64,000 nt of DNA. It comes from Massalongia carnosa. Taxonomy: Eukaryota. Below the pieces are notes generated by a model. The model was not told the origin of the DNA, did not search any database, and worked only from the letters and a program-made list of their open reading frames with translations. A program made the translations under genes and the position numbers. Where the stretch lies: positions 124,001-188,000 of the forward strand of contig OZ287074.1 in the NCBI GenBank assembly GCA_965645245.1, read 5' to 3'. Below, piece after piece: positions 47,376 through 58,500 of this stretch; position 1 is the first letter of the stretch; each line of letters opens with the position of its first letter.

Positions 47376-49838
47376 TCATCGCTCGCTATCCAGCTGCTTT
47401 GCCATCTCTTCACGTGAACCTGCCCCAGCCCGGCGAGTGAGGTACTCGATGATGGTAAGTCTTTGGGAGTAATACTGTCGCTCTTTAGCAGGCCATCCTC
47501 GTCTCCAGCCGGAACCATAGCTGGAGTTTAACTTTCCCACAGCTGGCCCGGTGCCCAAACCAACAGTCCACTCCCTCCACAAATCCATCACTGAACAGAC
47601 CTGTCGATTCAAAAAATAAGAAGACGAGGCCGGAAGTTCGACAGAGACGTCAGCGTCGAAGAAAGCAAGCGCATGCTCGGATGGCGAGGGCGAGCGGGTG
47701 AGACTATGAGGCCGAGAGCGACGAGAGCGGGGGCGATGAGAGCGAGGAGTAGGAAGATCGTGAGCGGAGGGGCTCGAGGAGAATGAGGTGGTGGCCGCAG
47801 GGGGGTGAAGCAATGGATCAAGCGTATTTAGTGGAATCGGTGACGTAGCTCGAGGCAATTGACAAATCTTGGAGGGGGTCAAGGTGAATGTGACCTTGCT
47901 TGTTAGAAAATCATCCAATTTGCCCTCCATCAGACAGAACAGCTCCCTTTGTTTCAAGAATCCAGCGTTCATCAAACTGGTGAGGCCCACATGCAAATCA
48001 ACCACCTGCTGACCCAAGTGAGGCAAGGCAGTACGAATCAAACTGTTTTGATCCATCTCTTTCTCGTCCAGATGAGCCAAAACATCCGCAGCAAAAACGT
48101 CATACTCCGGCAGAGAAAACAAGCGTTGATTCCACAAAGGATGCTGAGGATATTTCTGTCGAAGAAGCACGGAGTCCTGCAGAAATACCACACGAAGATA
48201 GTCTAATAGCCTTACGAACTGAATAGTGGCTATATCATCGAAAGAATACTTCAACCACTTGTCTAGAGAAGGCCAGAAAGAAGACAAAAGCTCTGAAGAT
48301 GGCGTGACTGCTGCTCGAGCGATATGATAGGTTCCAGGATGCTTTGGATCGAATCCAGCCCTGCCTCGCACGAATTCTCTAGGCAGGGACGTAAGATAGC
48401 CCTTGTACATGGAGTCGGTAGTCCAATGAGCTGCACGACGTATCTGATCCTCCTGAATGCCTTTCAGCTCGGCATACTTTGTTCCAGAACCTCGCCCAGC
48501 ATGAGTGACCTTGCTATAGGTGAGGCCGAGGGGACTGTACACGCTGTGAATCCATTTGCGCTGGGTGGAATCAGAGATTTCTTTGCAGACGTCTTTAGGA
48601 GAGGCTATTAAACAAGAATCGTCAGTCGCATCATATCACTGAATTATTTCGCCGAACTGATAAAAACAATACAATAAAATGAAGGCAGATTCAGAGAAAA
48701 AACGATATTTTATTCAATAAAAGGAGGGGAAAGCGGAAAACTTCGAAAGCAGATGGACGAATTGAGAGCAATTTAGTGAAATGGATTGAACAAAAAGAAA
48801 AACTTTGAGAAACGTCGTCAAAACAGTGATAAAATGAAAGAAAATCTCCAAAACTCACCGATCAGGACTCGTGTATTATACCAGTCCTTATTGCTTCCAA
48901 AATTCGGAAAAGGTTCATCCGATTGCTCCCAACGCCAGAAAAAATACACCGATAATGCACTCATACCACAAAGCGAAAGGTCCTTGTGCCTCAGCATCCC
49001 ATTGTACTCGATGCGCCCATTCTGATTGGTTTTACCATTGCCCATGAGGTAAAGCAATGCCGGGCAGGGCGAGGGACCCTCGTTGTCAAACATGAGTAGC
49101 TGTAAATCAGGAAGCTCAGCAAAGCGACGAGACTCACCCCGAGCAAGAAGAAGGTGTCCTATAAGATAATCTAGACGTCCTCGTAGGTTACCTCCGAGAA
49201 TGGAGGCCTTGAAGGAGTGAGACTGCTTCCAAAACTCCTCCAATATTTCCCGGAGGGCCTTTTCATCATAGCCATCTGCTACCGTTCCTCGACCTCGATC
49301 CTCGAAGGCCAGCTTCTTCTTGATATGCTGATTTCGCGAAGAATCCTTCATAAGAGACTTCAGCGCATTGCCATTGGGATGAGGACGATTGTGCTGGCCT
49401 CGGGAAACTTGATAGGACCACAGATCTATCAGCGCAGTCTTGTATCCCCTTATTGAATTGTATTTGAGAGTTTGAGAGTCCTGATCCTCGTCCGAGTCAG
49501 AGTCGAGGGCTTGAGCTTTGCGGTTTTTCTTTGCCCGGTTCATGACCCTGTCCTGAAAAAATCGCACCACTTTGGCTTCATGTATAATTTCTCCATCATC
49601 ATAGTGATGCTCTTCGCAGAAAATCTGTGCCTCAATTAGTCAATTAAAAAAATCCACATAGCCTAATGAGAGTGAATTTTAAAAGGGGGGTTACCTTCCA
49701 TTCCTTGACCACCCGAGTATACGCGCGATTGGTGTTTTTGGGCCTGCTAATTTGCGTCAAGGCCAGGGCAGAGTGCTGTGCACGAAAATTGGCGGTGTCA
49801 TTGTCCAGATTACGCTGAACTTGTTCGACGGTAGCCAT
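47376..49838 (-). CDS. Crypton (CryptonF-like) tyrosine recombinase with NDC10-II-like and GCR1_C domains; exons 49838-49695, 49624-48859, 48604-47376
   Basis: Two GT-AG introns give one frame. YR residues ARGE (R), GKTN (K), THAGR (HxxR), AHW, MYKGY (Y); GCR1_C-like SVMDLWREWTVG...GSGWR...ERQYYSQR. Confidence 0.85.
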
Positions 49839-50722
49839 TGGTAAATATTTGATAAGGGGAAGAGTGACTGTGTATTGGAGGTGTTCTGCGCGTGCGACCG
49901 ATAGGGCTGAGATTGAACGCGGGCGCAAGTGTGAAAAGTGAAGAATTTGATCTATGACCCTTATCGGTGCCGTTACCTTCGCTTGCGCTGGGGGGGCTTT
50001 TAATTGGATGAATTGATTTGAATGCTTGAATTTGATTGGGCATGGGAACGACACAGGTCAGCCCGGGCAGGCCTAGGCACGTGACTCGGGGTCGGTGCTG
50101 AGGTGAGAACCTCATCTTCTAGGCCCGAGGCGTCTGCTGACGCTCAACGATCCGATAGATGATGCCCGACGGCAGTGCCCGACGGCGATGATCTAGATGG
50201 AGGTGCCCGGCGGCGCTCCGGATCGATGCCCTGGTTGACCTGTACGCCCATCGCTCACTTAAGGTGGCTTCTAACTAGCTATGAATCTCGGGTGGCCGAG
50301 GGTGGGGAAAAGCAGCAAGCACTGACAGCGAGGTAGGGGCACCGAGACAACGTGGGGTCGACGACGAGTCAGTGAGATGGATGAGGCCGAGTGAGAAGAA
50401 GTGGATGAGGAAAGAATTTTCAGAGGGTGATTCTTAATTTACTTTGACTCAGGGGCCTCACGTGACATAGAACCATCTCATCTATGACCCTTATCGGTGC
50501 CGTTACCTTCGCTTGCGCTGGGGGGGCTTTTAATTGGATGAATTGATTTGAATGCTTGAATTTGATTGGGCATGGGAACGACACAGGTCAGCCCGGGCAG
50601 GCCTAGGCACGTGACTCGGGGTCGGTGCTGAGGTGAGAACCTCATCTTCTAGGCCCGAGGCGTCTGCTGACGCTCAACGATCCGATAGATGATGCCCGAC
50701 GGCAGTGCCCGACGGCGATGAT

Positions 50723-51886
50723 CTAGATGGAGGTGCCCGGCGGCGCTCCGGATCGATGCCCTGGTTGACCTGTACGCCCAATGGAATGCCCAATTGAGTA
50801 GGGGTAGGAGTTTGTAGGATTCGTCTCGGCGACGACAGCACGTGGGACTGCTAGAGGGATGCCTTTTTGAAAACTGAGGTTCAAATTGAATAGTGAGGCC
50901 TGGGACGTCTGAAAGTATAGCTGAAACGCGTTTGATGACCATCTTCCGAGTCTCTGAATACTCTCATCCAGCATCCCGTGGTCGGCGGCGTGTTGTGCTG
51001 CTCCTTTTCTGAAGCTGTGTCCCGAGTATGCCGAGTCGTTGATGCCGACGGCTATCAGTCTCTTTTTCAGGGATGCTATGACGGAGGCTCTGGTGAATGC
51101 GGTGCCGAGACGAAAAAGCGGGGATGTAGATGGTTGAGGATCATTTCTGAAAAGACGCCGTAGTGCTGTCACGGGGCAAGTGCTCTCATTGGTCGCTGCC
51201 AGCACTATCTGAACTCCTGAGTGATTTGTGTCTGTTTTGCTTCTTTTGAGACGTAATGTCGCGTATTGATCGTTCTCGGCGAATGAGATGTCACCTCGTG
51301 TAGGTTTCAATCTCTGAAAAGATGTCTTCTTACGATCAGCGACAGTGTAGGTGATTTCCCCGAGTCTGAGGAACCCTGCCCATGCAACTTTGAATGTCGC
51401 GTCGATGTTGAGGTCTTCGGCCGAATGAGCGGGAATACTGGTGATTTTTGTCAGTAATTCTTTTGAAATGGGTAGGCGTCTTCTTTTTGTCTGAGAAAAG
51501 ATCCTTTTTCCCCCTTTCAGCATCAATTGAAGTCTCGGCCCCTCGAATGGGGTGAGGCCGTATCCTCGGTCTACATGGTATGATCTGAGGCCGGCGAGGT
51601 AGCTCGCTGCCGTCTCTGGTTTTATCTTTCCCTGCTTGGGTGTGCCGCCCCCGTATAGTCGACCGGCTAGCCATTCCTCGAGGGACTCGGTTGTTGCAGG
51701 CCACGACGTGCGTCCCGTCGTCGCGCAGAATGCCTCGTATGAGTCGATCGCCGTCCCGTACCCTTTTCTCGTGTCCGCCGAGTGTCCGTGCCAGACGAGA
51801 CGTTTTACCAGGGCTGACCCTGGTGTGGAGGATAGGTAGGTGGAGGGAGGTTCATCGAATTGTATGGGTTCTGCCAATGAGGGCAA
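50723..51886 (-). CDS. Tyrosine recombinase of the Ngaro element
   Basis: FLRLGE, SKTD, GHSFRKG, LGRW, FQLY (R-K-HxxR-W-Y). Confidence 0.93.
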   Translation of the reverse strand: MPSLAEPIQFDEPPSTYLSSTPGSALVKRLVWHGHSADTRKGYGTAIDSYEAFCATTGRTSWPATTESLEEWLAGRLYGGGTPKQGKIKPETAASYLAGLRSYHVDRGYGLTPFEGPRLQLMLKGGKRIFSQTKRRRLPISKELLTKITSIPAHSAEDLNIDATFKVAWAGFLRLGEITYTVADRKKTSFQRLKPTRGDISFAENDQYATLRLKRSKTDTNHSGVQIVLAATNESTCPVTALRRLFRNDPQPSTSPLFRLGTAFTRASVIASLKKRLIAVGINDSAYSGHSFRKGAAQHAADHGMLDESIQRLGRWSSNAFQLYFQTSQASLFNLNLSFQKGIPLAVPRAVVAETNPTNSYPYSIGHSIGRTGQPGHRSGAPPGTSI

Positions 51887-53508
51887 AAGTTAGCCAATCT
51901 TTCATCATCAAAACGTGACAGGGCATCTGCTAGTCCATTGGAAGTGCCACTGATCCATTGACAACGTAGTACGATGTCCCACTTTGCAGCTATGGACAGT
52001 ATTTCTCGTAGAGGCGCGTTGGCCGGTCCCTTGAGGGTTAGATTCGTGAATCCTGTGTATGCTGTGTTGCTGTCGGTAAAGACAAGGATCTGTCGATGTC
52101 GCCATGTCGGCGCCCATTTCTGAAGGATTAGAAGGATAGCTTCGACTTCTCGGACGTTTATGCTCGGTGATCCTTCCTGATTGAGGACTAGGACTCGGGC
52201 CCTACATGCGTTTTTTTGATTCACGAGCTCGTTGTCTTGTTGAAAATAGCCTCCGAGACCCGTGAGGCATGCATCCGTATGCACCTTGATCGTGTCTCGT
52301 GTTGACGTCTCGAAGAAGACAATACCGTTGAAGTCCACTAGAAGTTTGTTCCACCAGATGAGATCCTGTCTGACCCATGTGGGAATTCTTCTTTTGACCC
52401 GACGATGACTGCCCGAGGGAAATGAGGCTATAAAATTCCAGAATAATCGTAAGAAGACTCGGCCCAATTTGACTGCCTGTGCGCAGAAGCTTAGGAAGCC
52501 CGCTATTGACTGCATGTCGCCGAGGCTGATTGTCGTCTCGTTTAGTGCCTTTGTAGTGATGATTCTCGCTTTTTCCAGCTTGTCCGCTGGCAGACGAATA
52601 AGACTGTTGATGGTGTCGACCTCGAGTCCGAAGACTGTCGCTGTCGTTCCCTCGGCGTCTTTTGAGTCGTTTCTCGGGATGCCAAGAATGTCGGTGAGAA
52701 TGTTGTAGGCTTTTGTTTCTTGGTGCAATCGTTCTGACGATGTCTCGGATGGGAAAATTGCAACGAAGTCGTCTAGATAGTGATGTAATCTCCATTGTAG
52801 AAAGGATTCCAAAATCCAATGAAAGCCTTCCGCAAAAAGATTGAAGATGAACGGGGCCGTCGACAGTCCGAACGAAAGGCATGTCTCGGTGTAGAATTCG
52901 TCATTCCATCCGAAACCCAGAAGCCATTGATGATGAGGTGCGACGGGAACGTTTCGAAAGGCGTCTTTGACGTCTCTTTTCACTATGACAGCACCTTTGC
53001 CCGCTGACAGAATCAATTGAATAATGTCGTCGAGTCTGGCGTATTGTAATTTGGATGCCTCTTCTGGAATGTTGTCGTTGACTGATGTTTGATTGGGATG
53101 AGACAGATGATGAATGCGTCGCCATCCTCCGTCATGTTTCGGGACCAAGCCGAGGGGGGAGGCCACAAATGGCTGACTCGGGGCGGCTATTCGTCTGACT
53201 CGGCCCTTCCTGAGGTCCTCTTGGAGCTTATTCTCGATCGTTTCCGGGTCCTCATTCGCTGATGTCAGATTTTTTTCGATCCGAAGGATGTCTGTGGGGC
53301 CTTCGTATCCGATTTGTACTCCGAAACGAAGGATCATGGGCAGATGGACTCGGAGGGGGCCCGGATACTCTTGAAGTAGAGTTGCCCATGCGGACGGTAC
53401 GAGGGGAGATGGGCTGTCTTTCAAACGCTGACGAGATGCGTCTACGAGTTGAAACGAAGGGATTGTATTTGGTCTGATTGGTGCAGGTAAGCAGGGATGG
53501 GACGTCAT
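51805..53508 (-). CDS. Reverse transcriptase / RNase H of the Ngaro element
   Basis: SPLGLVPK, WRRIHHLS, DVKDAF, LSFGLSTAP, YLDD, HTDAC, EVEA, FTDS, LADALSR. Confidence 0.94.
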   Translation of the reverse strand: MTSHPCLPAPIRPNTIPSFQLVDASRQRLKDSPSPLVPSAWATLLQEYPGPLRVHLPMILRFGVQIGYEGPTDILRIEKNLTSANEDPETIENKLQEDLRKGRVRRIAAPSQPFVASPLGLVPKHDGGWRRIHHLSHPNQTSVNDNIPEEASKLQYARLDDIIQLILSAGKGAVIVKRDVKDAFRNVPVAPHHQWLLGFGWNDEFYTETCLSFGLSTAPFIFNLFAEGFHWILESFLQWRLHHYLDDFVAIFPSETSSERLHQETKAYNILTDILGIPRNDSKDAEGTTATVFGLEVDTINSLIRLPADKLEKARIITTKALNETTISLGDMQSIAGFLSFCAQAVKLGRVFLRLFWNFIASFPSGSHRRVKRRIPTWVRQDLIWWNKLLVDFNGIVFFETSTRDTIKVHTDACLTGLGGYFQQDNELVNQKNACRARVLVLNQEGSPSINVREVEAILLILQKWAPTWRHRQILVFTDSNTAYTGFTNLTLKGPANAPLREILSIAAKWDIVLRCQWISGTSNGLADALSRFDDERLANFCPHWQNPYNSMNLPPPTYPPHQGQPW

Positions 53509-53553
53509 GAATTCAGCTATTGAAGCTATTCTACTGCCTCCTGCACCAACCCC

Positions 53554-54567
53554 CTATTTCTTCGTTGGGCATGTCTTCTGGCCATGCCCAGCCGCGCCGC
53601 ACGATTTACATTTGTGCTGTCGGTAGCACGACGGCCAGGTGCAGGTGCCGCTGTTGTACTTGTCGCAGATTTCCCCCGCTGCCTTCTCGGCCCTATCGGC
53701 CCTGTCTCCTCTCGGGGTCGGTCGCCGGGACGGCGGGGATCGTGAGCGGCGACGGCGTAGGACTGTGAGGGGGGTGCAGAATCGAGCTTGGAATTCGTCG
53801 GGCATTTTCCATTGGGATGCGTCGGATGGCTGAGACGCGATGATGTGAGTGTGGGTTTCGATGGCGAGGGGGAGGACTGCTTCCTGCCACTCGTACACCT
53901 TGGCCAGCGTGAGGATTTTTCCGTGGAATGCCGACATGGTGGCGTGAAGCTGTTGACTCGATTTCCCGAAAAGACTGACCATGATCGAGGTGTAGTTGAT
54001 GAAGCTCTCGGTCCAGACGTCATGAACTGTCTTTCCGAAATCTTTGTAGGTCCCGGATGCCTTTCTCAACCTCAAGGCGCCGTCTTCGATGCCGATGCGG
54101 TCCTGATCCTTGTAGGACTCGTATTGCATGCCGTGCATGTGTCGGAGGCGGGAGAGGTTGATGGCTTTGAATTTATTTGAAAAGATCTTGATGATCTCGT
54201 CCTGTGGTAGGCCCGCGAAACGGGGTGCTATACTTCTTACTTCGAGAGGGATCTCACCTAGGTCCTCGTCGTCATCGCCGACGACACGACTCGGCTTGCC
54301 AGCAGGAATGACGGCCGCTATTCGGGCGTCAGATTCTCGGCGCATGCAGTCGATTTCTAGCTGCATTTTTTCCACCTCCTTCTCGGCGACCAATGCCTTG
54401 GACTCGGCAATTCTGGCCTCAGCCTCGGCCGCCTTCGCTTCTGCCTCGGCTTTCTTCTTTTGTAGGGCGAAGATTTGATTGGACTGGGCCTGCGTCAATC
54501 CGACAATCTCCTGGGAGTCGGGGACTATGTCGTCCATCGGGGTGCTTTGGGAACGGGTGTTCGTCAT
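53554..54567 (-). CDS. gag: Gag-like ORF1 of the Ngaro element
   Basis: Coiled-coil N-terminus; C-terminal CDKYNSGTCTWPSCYRQHKCKSCGAAGHGQKTC zinc fingers. ATG at 54567 chosen; the ORF is open to 54609. Confidence 0.85.
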   Translation of the reverse strand: MTNTRSQSTPMDDIVPDSQEIVGLTQAQSNQIFALQKKKAEAEAKAAEAEARIAESKALVAEKEVEKMQLEIDCMRRESDARIAAVIPAGKPSRVVGDDDEDLGEIPLEVRSIAPRFAGLPQDEIIKIFSNKFKAINLSRLRHMHGMQYESYKDQDRIGIEDGALRLRKASGTYKDFGKTVHDVWTESFINYTSIMVSLFGKSSQQLHATMSAFHGKILTLAKVYEWQEAVLPLAIETHTHIIASQPSDASQWKMPDEFQARFCTPLTVLRRRRSRSPPSRRPTPRGDRADRAEKAAGEICDKYNSGTCTWPSCYRQHKCKSCGAAGHGQKTCPTKK

Positions 54568-54820
54568 TGGGAAAAAGCACCGACAGCGAGGTAGGGGCAC
54601 CGAGGACAACGTGAGGTCGACGACGAGTCAGTGAGATGGGAAAAGCAGCAAGCACTGACAGCGAGGTAGGGGCACCGAGACAACGTGGGGTCGACGACGA
54701 GTCAGTGAGATGGATGAGGCCGAGTGAGAAGAAGTGGATGAGGAAAGAATTTTCAGAGGGTGATTCTTAATTTACTTTGACTCAGGGGCCTCACGTGACA
54801 TAGAACCATCTCAGCTGAAT

Positions 54821-55502
54821 TTGCCTCAGTACCTCAGACGTGCGTGGGCTCTAGGAGCCGTCTAAGCCCCTCCGGGTTAGCCTATTTCGCTAAGCTCCTT
54901 CGGATTAGCGTCCCAGCTGACTAACGTGGCTGCGATAGCACGTCTGAGCGCAAAACTAAATATTACGGTCAGATATTCGTAATAAATCGTGTATTATTGC
55001 GATTTTTCGACATTTTGACGTCTTGCTTTTTTGCTTGACACGGGCTATTTCTTCGAAAGAATTCAAGTAGAATTTGTATAGAAAGTTTCCTGAAATTCCT
55101 GTTCGTTGTAAAGTTCATGTGGGGCAATCTGATTGCACTTCGCATAGAAATCAAGAATCGACTTAACGAAAATAACAAGATGTATGTAAAATTGCTCTGC
55201 ACGTTATAAACATAAATAAAGATTGAAATTTATAACGAAAAAATCAAAAATACATTGATCATGATCATATCAAGCGACGACGACGTTACAAACATGAAAA
55301 CAATGAAGTTGTGACGTTGTTCTATAAGGTCGAAATCGTTCTTGTCATGATCGTTAAGCCATATCTGACCGTAATCTTGAGTTTTGGGCTCAGACTTGCT
55401 ACAGATGTGCTGCGTAGTCAGCCTGTTAACCCGAAGGGGCTTAACGTTCTGTAAGGCTAACCCGAAGGGGCTTAGCCGGGCACGTCTGAGGTACTGAGGC
55501 AA
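54821..55502. mobile_element. Non-autonomous MITE (682 bp) with AcademH-like termini
   Basis: TIR TTGCCTCAGTACCTCAGACGTGC (about 150 bp imperfect), 8-bp TSD AGCTGAAT, AT-rich non-coding core. Confidence 0.88.
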
Positions 55503-55590
55503 AGCTGAATAAGGTGAAGTTTGATGCTTAGTAAAGCAAGTGGCTATTTTTTAACCAGTAATTAGATGGCAGCAGGTGCTTATTTATATG

Positions 55591-58500
55591 TGTTAGTAGC
55601 ACTAGTAGATAGAACGGGCTGTGGGCACGACTAGAGGCTATTAAGGCCCGCTTCACTGTTAGGCACGGGACGCCTAGCCAGCCACGTGACCCCGAAAAGG
55701 GGCACACGCCTATATAGCCCACGCTCGCTACTAGCTAATAGAACAACTTTACCATCCAACTCAAGCACTGACGTAGTCATACGTCTGGTGCCACGAGTTG
55801 GGGTAAACCCACACTGATCAGTTTAGCTATTCAGATCAGAATACCCCAATCATTAAAACCTGAAAACCTCGCTATCGCTGACGATGGCAGGTTCTCCGAG
55901 CGTTGCTCCGAGCGCCGAAAACGCGATCGAGTCAACCGAGTCAACAAATCCCTTTCCCAACGGCATCGATCCGGAGACGGCCGATGCCGAGACAATCAAG
56001 AAATATGTTAAATATCACTTCCAAAGATACGCAGACAATGACTACGAGAACTACTATCTATGGAATATCGTCCAGGGAAACTTCGAGCACTTCAAAGAGG
56101 AGCATTTCAACAAATTCGATCGAGACACCTGGGAACTCGTAAAGGCCTACTGCTATCAACACGGCATTTGGATCGATCACAACTACGGGCCCGGCAGGAC
56201 TCGCGCATCCTTCATGATAAAGGCTATCAACACGGAATGGGAACTGGACTGGACTCTCGAACAAATTAAATGGGTTCAAGGACGATATAAACATCTATCC
56301 GAGAAAACCCTCGACCGAAAGCGAGAACTCATGAGCATCATCGAGTCAGATAACCTAAATCTCATCGCTGCAAATTCGCGAGGTCTATCTGCGGATCCGA
56401 GAACACAATCGTACCAGGATACCAGACTCCAGACCCCATTGCATCAGTCTGCATCACCAAATCCGTACATACCTCAGGCACCCCTCTCGTCGCAGTCCCC
56501 ACAATTTACTCAGCAGATCTCGCAAAAACTACCTCCGAGTCAATCATCGCATCAAACGCCTCATCATCAATTTCAGGAGAACTCGACCAATCAATACGCC
56601 AAGGAATTGACTCTGCTAGAGAAAATCTACAAGGATAACGACAAGTTTAGTGGCACGGGCGACAACTTCGGTTTCAAACTCACCATATTCCTCGACAAAT
56701 GCAGGCGAGTCGGGACTACCTCATATCGCGTTCATTCATGGAGCCTCGATTATGCTTTCTGGTCAGGCATTGACTCATTACTATGCAAATCGAGGTTCCG
56801 CTGCGTCGTTTGATGATTTCTGTCAAAACATGAGGACATTCTTTGAAGGGCCCGAGTGGGAACGCTACAATCTGGCAAAGTGGCAAACCATCTCCCTGAA
56901 CGATGTTATCTCGGCCAACCCCTCGCTGTCGACAACCGAGTGTCTCAGAAAGCTATGCACCGAGCTGGACACGATACAACGAGGCATCAACACGGCATAT
57001 CACGGGTCAATTCATCTGCGAGAAAACATCATTCGGGCCTGTAGGGGTCACCCAGCACTCGCGGCCGGTTTAAAAAATTCACCACAGGACACACCAGGAT
57101 TGGTCAATAACCTCTATGCCTCAATCGTCAATTATGAAGCGGTGCATAAGTCCGCGCAGGGGAGCTATCTAGGCGAGAATGAGGACGATGAGGAGTCTTT
57201 CTTCACCGATCGGCAGTATCGCCGAGGCGGTTTCAACCCTCGCTCTCGTGGCGGACAACGTTTCAACCGATCAAGTTATTCATCTCGAAACCAGTCTCGA
57301 AACCCGTCTCGTGGCCCAATGCGTCAAAAACGCTGCTTCGTATGCGATGAAGAAGGATGCTGGTCAACGAATCACTCATCGAAAGAACAGGAGGACTCCA
57401 AGAAGCGCTGGGGAGATAGGCATCCCAAGTACAAAAATCGCTCAGGCTATGAACGCAATCTTCGTCAATACATCGCTCATTATGAGGGCGATGATGAAGA
57501 TGAAGACGAAATAGCTCACTTTTTCGGAGACCTGTCCATCGAGGCAAAAGACCCTTCTCTTGATGCAGAGGTCGCTACCGAGATGTTTCATACCTCGATT
57601 GGCACCCTTCATCCAGTTGAGTCTATTAATGCGATCAACATGCTGACCAATAAGGCCTTCGAACATCGCATAACTTGGTCAGACAATACCATCGCCCCCG
57701 TCTCAGTGCCCTACAGTTTTATCACGTCAACCGACACTCGCTACGACGAGTCCGAGTTTAAAGGGCTACTGATCGATTCCGGTGCTGCAACTCGGTCAAC
57801 CGGTGGCATTGGGCAGCTAAAGGCCTTGCAGAAGATCATCTCGATAAAACTCGACGAGACAACGGCTGGGTCAGCAAATTTCGTCTTTGGCATCGGTAGT
57901 AAGTCTTCAATCGGCACGGTCAACCTGAATACCCCCATAGGAAGAATCGTCTTTCATATCGTACCAGTCAATACGCCGTTTCTCCTCTGCCTCGCCGACA
58001 TGGACAAGCTAGGTGCCTTCTTCAATAACCTAACCAATCAAGTTGTTCAGGCCCAACATACTCATCCTGTGATTCGCCGGTATGGTCATGCGTTTCTTTT
58101 ATGGTGCACATCTGCATATGCCCTCGCGATTGAATCATTCTCGGAAAATCCATGCTTCTTAACTACCACCGAGCTCCGCCGACTTCATCGTCGCTTCGGG
58201 CACCCATCAGTCTCGCGCCTACATCGGATTCTCGAGCGATCAGGTCATGATGTCGACCTTCGAGCCCTAGAATACCTCGTTAAATATTGCCACCATTGTC
58301 AGAAGCATGGAAAGTCGCCAGGCAGGTTCGGTTTTACCATAAAAGATGACGTCGAGTTTAATTACCACATTGTCGTCGATATTCTTTACATAGAAGGCAA
58401 GGCGGTGCTGCAGTTAGTCGACGAGGCAAATCGATTTCAATCAGGACGGTGGCTGAAGGACATTTCGGCCAGACATGTATGGGATCAGCTACGGGCATGT

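Larger units (their letters stand above)
49950..54812 (-). mobile_element. Intact Ngaro-type (DIRS order) tyrosine-recombinase retrotransposon
   Basis: Split direct repeats A1 54638-54812, B1 50480-50780, A2 50305-50479, B2 49950-50250; gag, RT/RNase H and YR ORFs open; no TSD. Confidence 0.93.

Noticed and set aside
47376..51886. Starship captain tyrosine recombinase
   Set aside because: One YR carries NDC10-II/GCR1_C-like Crypton features and the other lies inside an Ngaro retroelement; I see no DUF3435-type captain context or cargo boundaries.
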